A DNA stretch of 64,000 nt from Sedimentisphaerales bacterium. Lineage in GTDB: Bacteria; Planctomycetota; Phycisphaerae; Sedimentisphaerales; SM23-30. The translations under genes and the position numbers were made by a program. Numbering within the stretch: position 1 is the stretch's first letter; each line of letters opens with the position of its first letter. Shown here in pieces: positions 51,991-61,573 of this stretch. Location: positions 1 to 64,000 of the forward strand of contig CAXXFK010000029.1 of assembly GCA_963663965.2 (NCBI GenBank). Direction: 5' to 3'. Under the pieces are notes generated by a model, which was given only the letters and a program-made list of their open reading frames with translations, made no database searches and was not told the origin of the DNA.

Positions 51991-53364
51991 ATGAATAAAC
52001 ACGCCTCGAATGTAATCAATCGACCGGTCAGGATGTTGTTGATCCGGATGACGATTCCCAGTATTTTTGGAATGCTGGGTTTGACGATTTTCAATATTGT
52101 CGATACTTATTTTGTCGGCCGGCTGGGGACTGTCGAACTGGCGGCGATTTCGTTTACCTTTCCGCTGGTGATGCTGTTTGGATGTTTCGCATTGGGACTG
52201 GGGATTGGGATCATGGCCCTGCTGTCACGGGCGGTTGGGAACCATAACGTGGCGGCGGAACGGCGGCTGGCCACCTGCGGACTGATACTGAGCCTGCTGC
52301 TTTCGTTCTTGATCGCGGTGGTTGGGTATCTGACGATCGATCCGGTGTTTCGCATGCTGGGCGCCGGCGATGACCTGATGCCCTATATTACTGCGTATAT
52401 GCGCGTGTGGTATGTAGGGGCCGTCTTTATGGTGGTGCCGATGATCGGGGACCATATCCTGCGGGGACTGGGCGATACCCGGACGCCTTCGATCGTGATG
52501 CTGGTGAGCGCGGTCAGTAATATGATTCTGGATCCGATCCTGATTTTCGGATTAGGGCCGTTTCCGGAGATGGGGATAACCGGGGCGGCGGTGGCGACGA
52601 TTTTTTCGCGGATGATCGCGATGGTGGTTTCGCTGTATATCCAGATTATCCGGGAACGGATTATTTCGTTTCACGGATTGACGGTGAGGGCGGTACTGAC
52701 TGAATGGAAGGCGATCCTGTACCTGGGGCTGCCCAATTCGGTGATCAAGATGATTCTGCCGCTGGTGATCGGGATTTTTACGGCGATTCTGGCGCGTTAT
52801 AACCATGAGACGGTGGCCGGGTTTGGGGTGGCGACAAAAATAGAAGGGTTTCTGCTATCGGCGGTGCATGCGCTGGGGATTACGGCGGCGGTGTTTGTGG
52901 GGCAGAACCTGGGTGCGGGCCGCCATGAACGGGTGCGGCTGGGGGTACGCTGGCTGAGTATCTATTCGGCGGTGTACGGGGTGGCGTCATTTGTGTTGAT
53001 GGCGCTGCTGGGGCGGTTTCTAGGCGGATTGTTTTCGGATTCGGAATTAGTACAGCGGGTGGTGGGGATATATCTGTGGATTGTCCCGCTGACGTATGGT
53101 TTTGTCGCGATGAATCAGGTGGGGGCGTCGGTTTTGAATGTCTTGCATAAGCCCATTCATTCCGGGTTGATCTCGCTGGTGCAGATGTTTGTTATTAATG
53201 TGCCGCTGGCGTTTCTGCTGGCCAGTTTCTGGGAAGCGAGAGGGGTGTTTGCCGCGATTGCCGTGGGGAATATTGCCGGTGGTTTGATAACGCTGCATAT
53301 AATTCATCGGCAGCTTAATGCGGCGCTGGCCGGGCCGGAGATGACTGGGGATACTGTCAGCTAA
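51991..53364 (+). CDS. MATE family efflux transporter
   Basis: NIVDTYFVGRLG, RGLGDTRTP, NMILDPILIFG and GQNLGAG motifs; about 12 TM segments. Confidence 0.92.
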   Translation: MNKHASNVINRPVRMLLIRMTIPSIFGMLGLTIFNIVDTYFVGRLGTVELAAISFTFPLVMLFGCFALGLGIGIMALLSRAVGNHNVAAERRLATCGLILSLLLSFLIAVVGYLTIDPVFRMLGAGDDLMPYITAYMRVWYVGAVFMVVPMIGDHILRGLGDTRTPSIVMLVSAVSNMILDPILIFGLGPFPEMGITGAAVATIFSRMIAMVVSLYIQIIRERIISFHGLTVRAVLTEWKAILYLGLPNSVIKMILPLVIGIFTAILARYNHETVAGFGVATKIEGFLLSAVHALGITAAVFVGQNLGAGRHERVRLGVRWLSIYSAVYGVASFVLMALLGRFLGGLFSDSELVQRVVGIYLWIVPLTYGFVAMNQVGASVLNVLHKPIHSGLISLVQMFVINVPLAFLLASFWEARGVFAAIAVGNIAGGLITLHIIHRQLNAALAGPEMTGDTVS

Positions 53365-53513
53365 TGGTTTGACTGCGATCTAATGTAACTGGTTGACTGG
53401 TGGGACGTTGGGTTGGAAAAGAGTTGTTGCCGGGTGTGTGCGGTTGCGGTATAATCGGGCGGAATGAACGTACGATCAGTCATTAATACTATGCAACCGA
53501 AAGGGGGTGCGCG

Positions 53514-54059
53514 ATGAAGTGTCCTGTATGCCGACAGGTAAATTTGAACAAGGCGGAACTGGACGCGGGGCTGTTCGCGATGGAATGCGAGCGGTGCCGG
53601 GGCAAGTGGATCCAGTCGTATTTTTACTGGAAATGGCGCGAGAAGCTGGGGATGAGTTTTGAAGAGATTCCGGCGGAGTATGTGACGGAGATGGAGATCC
53701 GGGATAATCCCAACGCCAAGTTGTGTCCGGAGTGCGGTCATTTTCTGGTACGGTATCCGGTGGGACATCAGACGGGGTTTGAACTGGACCGGTGCGGGCA
53801 TTGCGGCGGGGTGTGGTTCGATATGAATGAGTGGGAGGCGCTGAAGGCCCGGAATCTGCATGACGATGTGCATAAGATTTTTTCGGAGATCTGGCAGAGT
53901 CAGGTTCGGCAGGATGAAATGGCCAGGGCACGAGAGGCCTTTTTCCGCGAGAAGTTTGGGGAGGAAGATTACCTGCGGGCGCTGGAGATCCGGCAGTGGC
54001 TGAGGGAACATCCGTTGAGCCATGAACTGTTTGCGTTTGTGAATGACCGGGAGGGATAA
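53514..54059 (+). CDS. Tandem zf-TFIIB zinc-ribbon protein
   Basis: MKCPVC...CERCRGKW; CPEC...DRCGHCGGVWFDxxE. Confidence 0.8.
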   Translation: MKCPVCRQVNLNKAELDAGLFAMECERCRGKWIQSYFYWKWREKLGMSFEEIPAEYVTEMEIRDNPNAKLCPECGHFLVRYPVGHQTGFELDRCGHCGGVWFDMNEWEALKARNLHDDVHKIFSEIWQSQVRQDEMARAREAFFREKFGEEDYLRALEIRQWLREHPLSHELFAFVNDREG

Positions 54060-54061
54060 CA

Positions 54062-54532
54062 ATGGAATCAATCACTCGCATGGATGAAAACCTGGTTGAG
54101 GAACTGACAATAAAGCAATATTCCCGGCAAAAGAGAAAACTGCTGATCGCTTTGCTGATCTTTTCAGCATGTGATGGCTCCGTAATGGCGTTTTTATCAG
54201 ATGGCAGCAGTTGGGATTTTTTGCATACGATAGTTTCCGGGACTGTCTTTCTCGTCATGGCACTGGCATGGTGCTTGTATGATGCCAGGGAGCAGAATTA
54301 TCGGATGAGTAGGCTGATGCGTTATGCCCTGGTGATATTGTTTTTTGTTGCATTTCCAGTCTATATTTTCAGGACGAGAGGATTCGTTCCTGGCATAAAA
54401 TTGCTGATTCTATCGATTCTTTTTGGCGGAGCTTTGGGTCTGGTAGCGGGTTTGTTCTGTGGATTATTCTTGTGGTTGACAGGAATTGAAACAGTGGATG
54501 AATTTGCCTGGCAAACTTCGTATATTGGATGA
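54062..54532 (+). CDS. Hypothetical membrane protein
   Basis: About 4 hydrophobic segments; packed between operonic neighbours. Confidence 0.6.
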   Translation: MESITRMDENLVEELTIKQYSRQKRKLLIALLIFSACDGSVMAFLSDGSSWDFLHTIVSGTVFLVMALAWCLYDAREQNYRMSRLMRYALVILFFVAFPVYIFRTRGFVPGIKLLILSILFGGALGLVAGLFCGLFLWLTGIETVDEFAWQTSYIG

Positions 54533-54536
54533 TTGA

Positions 54537-56144
54537 ATGACTGAAAAAAATAATCGTGATTTATTTGCAGAATTGGCGTTCAGTTATGTCCCGCATGTAT
54601 TGACGCTGGTGGACCGGAACCGGTACAGTCCGACGTATGGTTGTTTTGACCGGGAATACTGGCATTATCGCACGCTGGATTTTCCCTGTGGGATGAGTCA
54701 GGAGCATGTGCTGGCGCTGGCGATGCTGTATCGCTGGGAGATGCCGGGGAACCGCTGGTTTGGGCTGGAGCGGATGCGGGAACTGACGGTGGCGGGGATC
54801 CGGTTTGCAATGAAGGGATCGCACGGGGATGGGACCTGCGATGATTACTTTCCGTGGGAACGGGCGATGGGGGCGCTGGCGTTTTCGACCTACGCGGCGG
54901 CGGAGGCCTATCGGATGCTGGAACTGGCGGAGGATGAACTGGCGGCATTTTTTCGCAAACGGGGGGATTATCTGCTGGGGCATAATGAGACGGGACGGTT
55001 GAGTAATCATCAGGCGTTGAGCGCGCTGGCGTTGTATACGATCTATGAGATCTGCGGCGATGAACGTTATCGGCGCGGGGCGCAGGAACGGGTGGGATTG
55101 GCTTTGTCGTGGCAGCATCCGAGCGAGGGGTGGTTTCGGGAATATGAAGGGGCGGATGCGGGATACCAGACCTGTACGATCGATTTTCTGGCGAAATATC
55201 ATCGCAAGAGCGGGGATGAATCGGTGGTGGGGCCGCTGGTAAAGGCTGTGGAGTTTTGTGAATTATTCATGCATCCGGATGGTTCGTATGGGGGGGAGTA
55301 TGGCAGCCGCAATACCTATCATTACTATCCGCACGGCTTTGAGCTGATGGCGGCGCATACCCCGTTGGCAAGGCGGTTGAATGACCGTTACCTTGCCGGG
55401 GCGGCGGCGGGGAAACGGTATTATAACGATGACAGCCGGATGATCGGGCACCTGGTGCATAACTGGCTGGCGGCCTGGCGGGATTACGCGAAACGGGAGA
55501 TGAGCGAGCCGGAGGTGGGGGGTAATGAGGGGATTGTCTGGCTGGCAGATGCCGGATTGGCAGTGGGACGCCGGGGCGGGTATCATGCCGTGGCGGGAAT
55601 GAAAAAAGGCGGGGTGGTGAAGATTTATGACCGGGAGCGGTGTATACACAGTGATACGGGATTGATTGGGCGGCTGGGCGATGGGACGGTGCTGGTGAGT
55701 CATCTGCAGGATGCGGAAAATCAGGTATCGGCGGAGGTGGAACATGGTGTCTTTAAGGTGAAGGGGGTCTTTTCGAAACGGAAGAGCAAACTGGCCAGTC
55801 CGGTGAAGCTGATAGTGTTTCGTGTTTTGAATATGACTCTGGGGCGGTTTTTCCCGAATCTGCTGCGGGGGCTGCTGCAGAAGATTCTGATTACGGGTAA
55901 GGCGCGCACGGAATGGTGGTTCGAGCGGACGATCACAATGGGTAAAGCGGGTGTGACGATTGAAGACCGGGTGGATCCGGGAGCCGGATGGGTGGCATTG
56001 TCGAGCGGGTCGGACGCGACCAGTATCTATGTGGCGGCAAGCAATGTCTATCAGGAATCGGTGGTGGGGTGTCATTGGCAGGATGCGCCGGAAGCGGTTT
56101 TACGGGGCGAAGTGTGGCGGCGTGAGATCGAGGTGAAGGACTGA
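54537..56144 (+). CDS. Conserved hypothetical protein, probable (alpha/alpha)-barrel enzyme associated with glycan genes
   Basis: PTYGCFDREYWHY, LSNHQA, EGWFREYEGADAGY and YGGEYGSRNT motifs; glycosyltransferase context. Confidence 0.6.
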   Translation: MTEKNNRDLFAELAFSYVPHVLTLVDRNRYSPTYGCFDREYWHYRTLDFPCGMSQEHVLALAMLYRWEMPGNRWFGLERMRELTVAGIRFAMKGSHGDGTCDDYFPWERAMGALAFSTYAAAEAYRMLELAEDELAAFFRKRGDYLLGHNETGRLSNHQALSALALYTIYEICGDERYRRGAQERVGLALSWQHPSEGWFREYEGADAGYQTCTIDFLAKYHRKSGDESVVGPLVKAVEFCELFMHPDGSYGGEYGSRNTYHYYPHGFELMAAHTPLARRLNDRYLAGAAAGKRYYNDDSRMIGHLVHNWLAAWRDYAKREMSEPEVGGNEGIVWLADAGLAVGRRGGYHAVAGMKKGGVVKIYDRERCIHSDTGLIGRLGDGTVLVSHLQDAENQVSAEVEHGVFKVKGVFSKRKSKLASPVKLIVFRVLNMTLGRFFPNLLRGLLQKILITGKARTEWWFERTITMGKAGVTIEDRVDPGAGWVALSSGSDATSIYVAASNVYQESVVGCHWQDAPEAVLRGEVWRREIEVKD

Positions 56145-56145
56145 G

Positions 56146-57135
56146 ATGGCAGGTATGAGTAAAAAGAAACTGGTGCTTGGATTGGTGAGCGTTGTGGTAT
56201 CCGCGTCGCTGGTGGCCTGGCTGTTGAGCCGGCTGGAGTGGGGGCAGGTAAAGGAGATGGTTGGTCAGGCTAAAGGCGGCTGGCTGGCGCTGGCGTTGGG
56301 GGTGACGTGTCTGGTTCCGCTATGCGGGGTGGTGCGCTGGCTGGGAGTGTTGCGGGCGCAGCGGATTACGCTGTCGTTTGGGGTGGCGTTGCGGGCGGTG
56401 CTGATGGCGAATGTGCTCAATAGTTTTCTGCCGTCGAAAGGTGGGGATATGGTGAAGGCGGCTTATTTGCGACAGCATGGGGGATTGTCGCAGGCGGTGG
56501 GAACAGTACTGCTTGAGCGACTGGTGGATCTGGCGGTGCTGGGCGGGATCGGGCTGGCGGCTTCGTTGCGCAGCGGGGTGACCTGGGGTTTGGGGGTGAG
56601 TGTGTGTCTGCTGGTGGGAGTGGCGGGAGTGATTGCGGGGGCGGAATTTTTACCGATCGATAAGCTGCCATTGCCTGGTAAGTTGAAAGGAAAGCTGAAG
56701 GATTTTGTCAAAGTGTTTCCGGCCTGGCTGCGGGATGGGCGGGCAGTGATCCAGACGCTGGCCGGATCGATCTGCGTGTGGTCGATTGCTGGATTGACGG
56801 TGTGTTGTCTGATTGCGGCGTTTGGAGTGGAGGTGAGTTGGGGCCAGGCGTACGCGGTTTTTCCGTTGTGTGTGCTGGCGGGGCTGGTGCCGGCGACGGT
56901 GAGCGGGATCGGGACACGGGATGTGGCGTTTGTGCAGATGCTGACGGCCTATGGCGCGACCAAAACAGGGGCGACCCTGGTGGCGCTGGGGTATACGGTC
57001 TACGCGTATTGGGTGTTGTCGTTGATCAGTCTGCCGGCGGTGGGCTGGCAGTTGGCGGCGTTGCTGAACCGGCCTGAGGCGACTGAACCGGGCTTTGAAC
57101 CGGGCTTGTCGAATCCTGAGAATGGTTCGGATTGA
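56146..57135 (+). CDS. Lysylphosphatidylglycerol synthase TM-domain (YbhN-like flippase) protein
   Basis: RW..VL, NSFLPSKGGD, ERLVD and PATVSGIGTRD motifs; multi-TM. Confidence 0.85.
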   Translation: MAGMSKKKLVLGLVSVVVSASLVAWLLSRLEWGQVKEMVGQAKGGWLALALGVTCLVPLCGVVRWLGVLRAQRITLSFGVALRAVLMANVLNSFLPSKGGDMVKAAYLRQHGGLSQAVGTVLLERLVDLAVLGGIGLAASLRSGVTWGLGVSVCLLVGVAGVIAGAEFLPIDKLPLPGKLKGKLKDFVKVFPAWLRDGRAVIQTLAGSICVWSIAGLTVCCLIAAFGVEVSWGQAYAVFPLCVLAGLVPATVSGIGTRDVAFVQMLTAYGATKTGATLVALGYTVYAYWVLSLISLPAVGWQLAALLNRPEATEPGFEPGLSNPENGSD

Positions 57136-58075
57136 TCACGCGGAGTTCGAGTTCGATCTGTCGGCGGCGGATGTCCTGGAGCAGGCGACGGTTAATGGCG
57201 AGCAGGTCGCCGAGTACGCCGATGATGATGAGGAAAATCGAAAGGGCGAAGGCGCCGAGTGCGACGATCAGGGTGGGGATGTGCTGGTCTTCGTTGCCGT
57301 GCCAGTAGTGCCAGCCAAACAGAATGGCGAACAGCACGCTGATCAGGGCGCTGATCTGGGCGAGCCGGAGGAAGAAGCCGCTGGGTGAATAAATCACCGA
57401 AATCCTCAGAATGGTGGACATGGAACGTTTGACGTAATTGGAAATGCTGCGTACCAGGCGGGAGGGGCGCAGGTCTTCGTTGGTGCGGATGGAGACGGAT
57501 TCCAGGGCGATGCCCTGCCGGCCGGATTGAATGATAGTTTCGAGGGTGTAGGTATAGGGATCGAAGACGATCAGTTTGGCGGCGGCAGAGCGGCTGATGG
57601 CGCGGAAGCCGCTGGGGGCGTCCTGTACGGAGGTCTGGCTGACTTTACGGACGACCCAACTGCCCAGGTGCTGGAGCGCTTTTTTAATGGGAGAGAAATG
57701 TTCAGTTTTGGCAATGGGGCGGGCGCCGATGACGAATTCGGCGCGATGGGCCAGGATGGGTTCGATGAGTTTGGGGATATCGTCGGCGTTGTACTGGTTG
57801 TCGGCGTCGGTGTTGATGATGATATCGGCGCCGGCCTTGAGGGCGGTTTCGAGTCCGGTCATAAAAGCGCGGGCCAGGCCCAGATTGGTGGGGTGACGGA
57901 CGATATGATCCACGCCACAGGTCCGGGCGACTTCGGCGGTTTTGTCGCTGGAGCCATCGTCGATGATGAGCCATTCGACGGTGTCGATGCCGGGTATCTG
58001 GCGGGGTAATGCGGCCAGGGCCAGGGCGAGGGTTTGCTCTTCGTTATAACAAGGGATCTGGATGATCAGTTTCAT
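57026..58075 (-). CDS. Glycosyltransferase family 2 (polyprenol-phosphate glycosyltransferase-like) with 2 C-terminal TMs
   Basis: IPCYNEE, IDDGSSD, NTDADNQY and DAPSGFRA motifs. Confidence 0.9.
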   Translation of the reverse strand: MKLIIQIPCYNEEQTLALALAALPRQIPGIDTVEWLIIDDGSSDKTAEVARTCGVDHIVRHPTNLGLARAFMTGLETALKAGADIIINTDADNQYNADDIPKLIEPILAHRAEFVIGARPIAKTEHFSPIKKALQHLGSWVVRKVSQTSVQDAPSGFRAISRSAAAKLIVFDPYTYTLETIIQSGRQGIALESVSIRTNEDLRPSRLVRSISNYVKRSMSTILRISVIYSPSGFFLRLAQISALISVLFAILFGWHYWHGNEDQHIPTLIVALGAFALSIFLIIIGVLGDLLAINRRLLQDIRRRQIELELRVINPNHSQDSTSPVQSPVQSPQAGSATPPTASPPPAD

Positions 58076-58165
58076 AGAGTGCTGACTCCGGATAAAATTC
58101 GAGATATTGATCAGGGAGAGATACTATAGTAGGTTATGGCTGATTATGCAAATGGGAATATGGCA

Positions 58166-58270
58166 GAGACCTATCGGGTATGGAAATGCCTGATCGCTCA
58201 CAAGTTAAGTATTTACTCGAAAAGGACTCATTTCACGGCCAAACGGGTATTTTCAATCGTAAATGGTCTG
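58166..58270 (+). mobile_element. MITE-like repeat, copy 7
   Basis: GAGACCTATCGGGTATGGAAATGCCTGATCGCTC...CGGGTATTTTCAATCGTAAATGGTCTG. Confidence 0.78.
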
Positions 58271-58355
58271 AATTCGATTGACAGAATGGGGTTATCGATT
58301 TAAATTGTTATAAAATAAACAGATAGGAATATTATCAGCCAATCAAGGAGAGCCT

Positions 58356-60038
58356 GTGGCGATGGATCAGATTAATGCGAATGGACTCATTCCGCTGAAT
58401 ATCACAGATAAGCTGGATCACAGTCCGGAAATTCAGCGCTGGGAACGCTGGATGACGGTGTTTCTGCTGTTGGGGTTAGCAGTCCGGTGTGTGCGATATT
58501 TTGTGCATTATCCGCTGTGGGAGGATGAATGTTTTACGGGAGTGAGTATTTATAAACGGGGATTTCTGGAGTTGCTGACGCCGCTGGAATATCATCAGGT
58601 AGCTCCAGTTTTATTTTTATGGCTGGGTAAGTTGTGCACCTTGGTGTTTGGATTTAATGAACTGGCGTTGCGGCTGCCGGCGTTTTTATGTTCGCTGGTA
58701 AGTTTGTGGCTGGTGTGGCATGTCTCGGGGCGGTTATTGACCGGATCGGCCCGGATGCTGGGATTGGGATTTTTTGCGGTGGCGTATCCGAATATCCGCT
58801 ATGCGGCTGAGTTCAAGCCTTATGGTACGGATATGTTTGCCTCGCTGGTACTGGTGGCGATGCTGTTGGAGTGGCTGGTAAATCCGCAGCAGCGGCGCTG
58901 GCTGGTGGGATTGATTTTGTGGTGTCCGCTGGCGATTGGATTATCTTTTCCGGCGATCTTCACGGCGGGCGGGGTGAGTCTGATTGTATTTTTGACGTTG
59001 CTGTTAAAAGTTCGTGATGGCAAAAGCTGGTTGATCTGGCTGATTTATAATGGGGTGGTGGCGGCGAGTTTTGTGTTGGTGTTCAAGGTGGTGATTGCCG
59101 GCCAGATGAAGGCGGAGATGGGGTACCTGGGCAGCAGCTGGAGCGATACGTTTCCATCGATCACCCAGCCGGTGGCGTTTATCAAGTGGCTGGTCTTGAC
59201 CCATACCGGTTCGATGTTTGCCCATCCGGCGGGATCGGACCGTGGAGGCAGCGCCCTGACGGCGATTTTGTATGTGACGGGATTGATAGTATTGTTTCGG
59301 CGGGGATACTGGCAGGCGGCATTACTGCTGCTGGCGCCGCTGGGGATGAACTTTGCCGCGGCAGTCTTGCAGAAATATCCCTATGGGGGACATGTCAAGT
59401 TTTCAATGTATTTTTCGCCGATGCTGAATCTGGTAATTGGAGTGGGTGCGGCGGCTTTACTGGAATCGCATGCCCGGCGGGCTTCAGCGCTGAATCTGCG
59501 GGTCGTAATGGGGGTGGTTTTAGGGTTGATGACACTGGCGGGTGTGGTCTGCGGGTCGATGGATGTGGTGAAACCGTATAAAAACGCGGCGGATATGCGG
59601 CTGCGGGGCTTTTCGCAGTGGTTCTGGTACAATACGGCGCTGGATGGCGAGGCGTATTGTGTGAAAGATGATCTGGGGATATCGTTTTCGCCGCGGACCT
59701 GGAGTGACTTGAGCTGGTCGGCGATGTATCTTTGTAATAAATATATCTATCAGCCAAAAGAGATGATCCGGGAGCCGCGGCCGAAATATTACGCGAAGCC
59801 GGCCGGTCGCTATTTATATTATGTGATCTACAAAGACTGGCATTTTAAAGATTTTGACCAGGCGGCTTATGACCGCTGGCTGGAGGAGGTCTGCCAGCAG
59901 TATCGTCTGGTGAGTCGGGATGCCTATCCCCTGGTGAGAAACGACAAGAAAGAGCGGCGGCTGTTTCAGATCGATGAGATCGAGATTTTGAAGTTTGCGG
60001 CCGATGATGAGAGTGATAGGGTGATTACAGGCCAGTAA
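58356..60038 (+). CDS. GT-C fold membrane glycosyltransferase (ArnT/PMT, GT39-like)
   Basis: LWEDE first loop; ELALRLP; YAAEFKPY; many TMs plus a periplasmic tail. Confidence 0.75.
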   Translation: MAMDQINANGLIPLNITDKLDHSPEIQRWERWMTVFLLLGLAVRCVRYFVHYPLWEDECFTGVSIYKRGFLELLTPLEYHQVAPVLFLWLGKLCTLVFGFNELALRLPAFLCSLVSLWLVWHVSGRLLTGSARMLGLGFFAVAYPNIRYAAEFKPYGTDMFASLVLVAMLLEWLVNPQQRRWLVGLILWCPLAIGLSFPAIFTAGGVSLIVFLTLLLKVRDGKSWLIWLIYNGVVAASFVLVFKVVIAGQMKAEMGYLGSSWSDTFPSITQPVAFIKWLVLTHTGSMFAHPAGSDRGGSALTAILYVTGLIVLFRRGYWQAALLLLAPLGMNFAAAVLQKYPYGGHVKFSMYFSPMLNLVIGVGAAALLESHARRASALNLRVVMGVVLGLMTLAGVVCGSMDVVKPYKNAADMRLRGFSQWFWYNTALDGEAYCVKDDLGISFSPRTWSDLSWSAMYLCNKYIYQPKEMIREPRPKYYAKPAGRYLYYVIYKDWHFKDFDQAAYDRWLEEVCQQYRLVSRDAYPLVRNDKKERRLFQIDEIEILKFAADDESDRVITGQ

Positions 60039-60801
60039 CTGGTTTGAGTTCGACCCAGAAGAAGGGGTGGTCGGAGACACCGGGTGGGGTTATGCCGCCG
60101 TTGATGACCTGAAGACCCCGGACGATGATCCAGTTGATGCGTTTGGGTGAGTTGGCCGGGCCGAGAGCGGTTTTGATGGCGTCGATATTGGCCGGATTGC
60201 CGAATAATTCGATCATGGCCGGATCGTCGGCAGTCGTGTTCAGGTCGCCCATGAGGATGGCGCGGTCGTGCTGCTGAAACTGATCGAAAATAAAATGAAG
60301 TTGGTTGTGACGGATTTCGCCCCGGTCGATATGGGTGATTAAAATGGGGATATCGCAATGAGAGAGGGTGGTATGGGCGATCAGCAGATTGCGGGGACTG
60401 AGGCATCTGCCTTTCTGGTAGTCGAGCGGGATGCTTTGCCAGGATTTGATCTCGACTTGAGAGATCAGACCATTACCGAAGTGGTTGGAGAACCAGCGTT
60501 TCTGGTTGGGGGCGAACAGCCAGCCGCGATGGAGCAGTTTGCCGAGTTTGGCGGCCTGATCTTCATCAAACCACAGTGCCGGACCACCGACTTCGTTAAG
60601 CGCGGCCAGGTGAACGGGTTTGAGCACTTCGGCGGTGCGTCGCAGATTGCGGACGCCATCTTTGCCTTTGCCGCGCCGGATGTTATAGGTTGCCACTGTA
60701 ATGGATTCGGGAGAGTGGGAGATGCTGTTCTGTGGCCAGTGAATCGTCTGGCCTGAATAGGGTCCGATGGGTTGGCGATTGGCGACATTCATATTATTCA
60801 T
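60025..60801 (-). CDS. Endonuclease/exonuclease/phosphatase family protein
   Basis: ATYNI, ALNEV, TH, MGDLN and SDH motifs. Confidence 0.85.
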   Translation of the reverse strand: MNNMNVANRQPIGPYSGQTIHWPQNSISHSPESITVATYNIRRGKGKDGVRNLRRTAEVLKPVHLAALNEVGGPALWFDEDQAAKLGKLLHRGWLFAPNQKRWFSNHFGNGLISQVEIKSWQSIPLDYQKGRCLSPRNLLIAHTTLSHCDIPILITHIDRGEIRHNQLHFIFDQFQQHDRAILMGDLNTTADDPAMIELFGNPANIDAIKTALGPANSPKRINWIIVRGLQVINGGITPPGVSDHPFFWVELKPVTGL

Positions 60802-61119
60802 AACAGCCAGGCGGTATTTTAATGCATCGTGATCGGAAAATTAACGTAAAACTAAAAATTAATGATATCAAAAATTCTATGAGATTATAGTTAAACTAAT
60901 CGCAAAGGTAAAGTCGATTTAACCTGAGTTTTGGTTAGAAATCCGTTAATCGATCAAATATCAGGTTATTCAAAAGTGATGATGTGATTTAATTAATACT
61001 AATCAAGCGAACGATGTGATAGGATGAACTGTTAAAATGACTTTATTTTAAATGGTTATTTTTATAGAAATAAGCCCCTGTTGAATCTATTTATTGCCAT
61101 CATTCAGCAGAAGGAGAGA

Positions 61120-61554
61120 TCAGGAATTATTTAAGAATTGTGGAAGCGTTTCAACGAAGGCTTTGATCTGATCACGGACTTTGCGATAGCAATCAAGTTT
61201 TTCATTTTCGGAATCTACCAGTGTTGCCAGTTTAGGCGGATCTTCAAAGCCGACGTGGATGACTTTACACCCGGCCGGGAAAACGGGGCAGGTTTCGTGG
61301 GCGTGGCCGCAGACAGTGATGATATAGTCCAGGTCGATATCCTTGAACTCGTTGATATGCTGGGATTTATGGGCGGAAATGTCGACGCCAGCCTCGGCCA
61401 TGACTTTGACGGCGTTGGGATTGAGGCCGTGAGTTTCGATACCAGCGGAATAGACTTCAATCTGGTCGCCTTTGAGGTAGCGGGTCCAGCCTTCGGCCAT
61501 TTGGGAACGGCAGGAGTTGCCAGTGCAGAGGTAGAGGAGTTTGATTTTTTTCAT
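61120..61554 (-). CDS. arsC: Arsenate reductase (thioredoxin-dependent, LMW-PTP fold)
   Basis: CTGNSCRSQMAEG; TVC..AHETCP; FEDP; ars operon context. Confidence 0.92.
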   Translation of the reverse strand: MKKIKLLYLCTGNSCRSQMAEGWTRYLKGDQIEVYSAGIETHGLNPNAVKVMAEAGVDISAHKSQHINEFKDIDLDYIITVCGHAHETCPVFPAGCKVIHVGFEDPPKLATLVDSENEKLDCYRKVRDQIKAFVETLPQFLNNS

Positions 61555-61573
61555 GTCACGTCACCTTGTCAGT

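Noticed and set aside
54052..54085. TAACAATGGAATCAA resembling an attC start before a lower-GC gene
   Set aside because: No matching downstream arm; it is simply a stop codon followed by the next start.
16140..58270. 105-bp repeats as integron attC sites
   Set aside because: They lack RYYYAAC/GTTRRRY boxes and no intI is present; the ends fit TIRs better.
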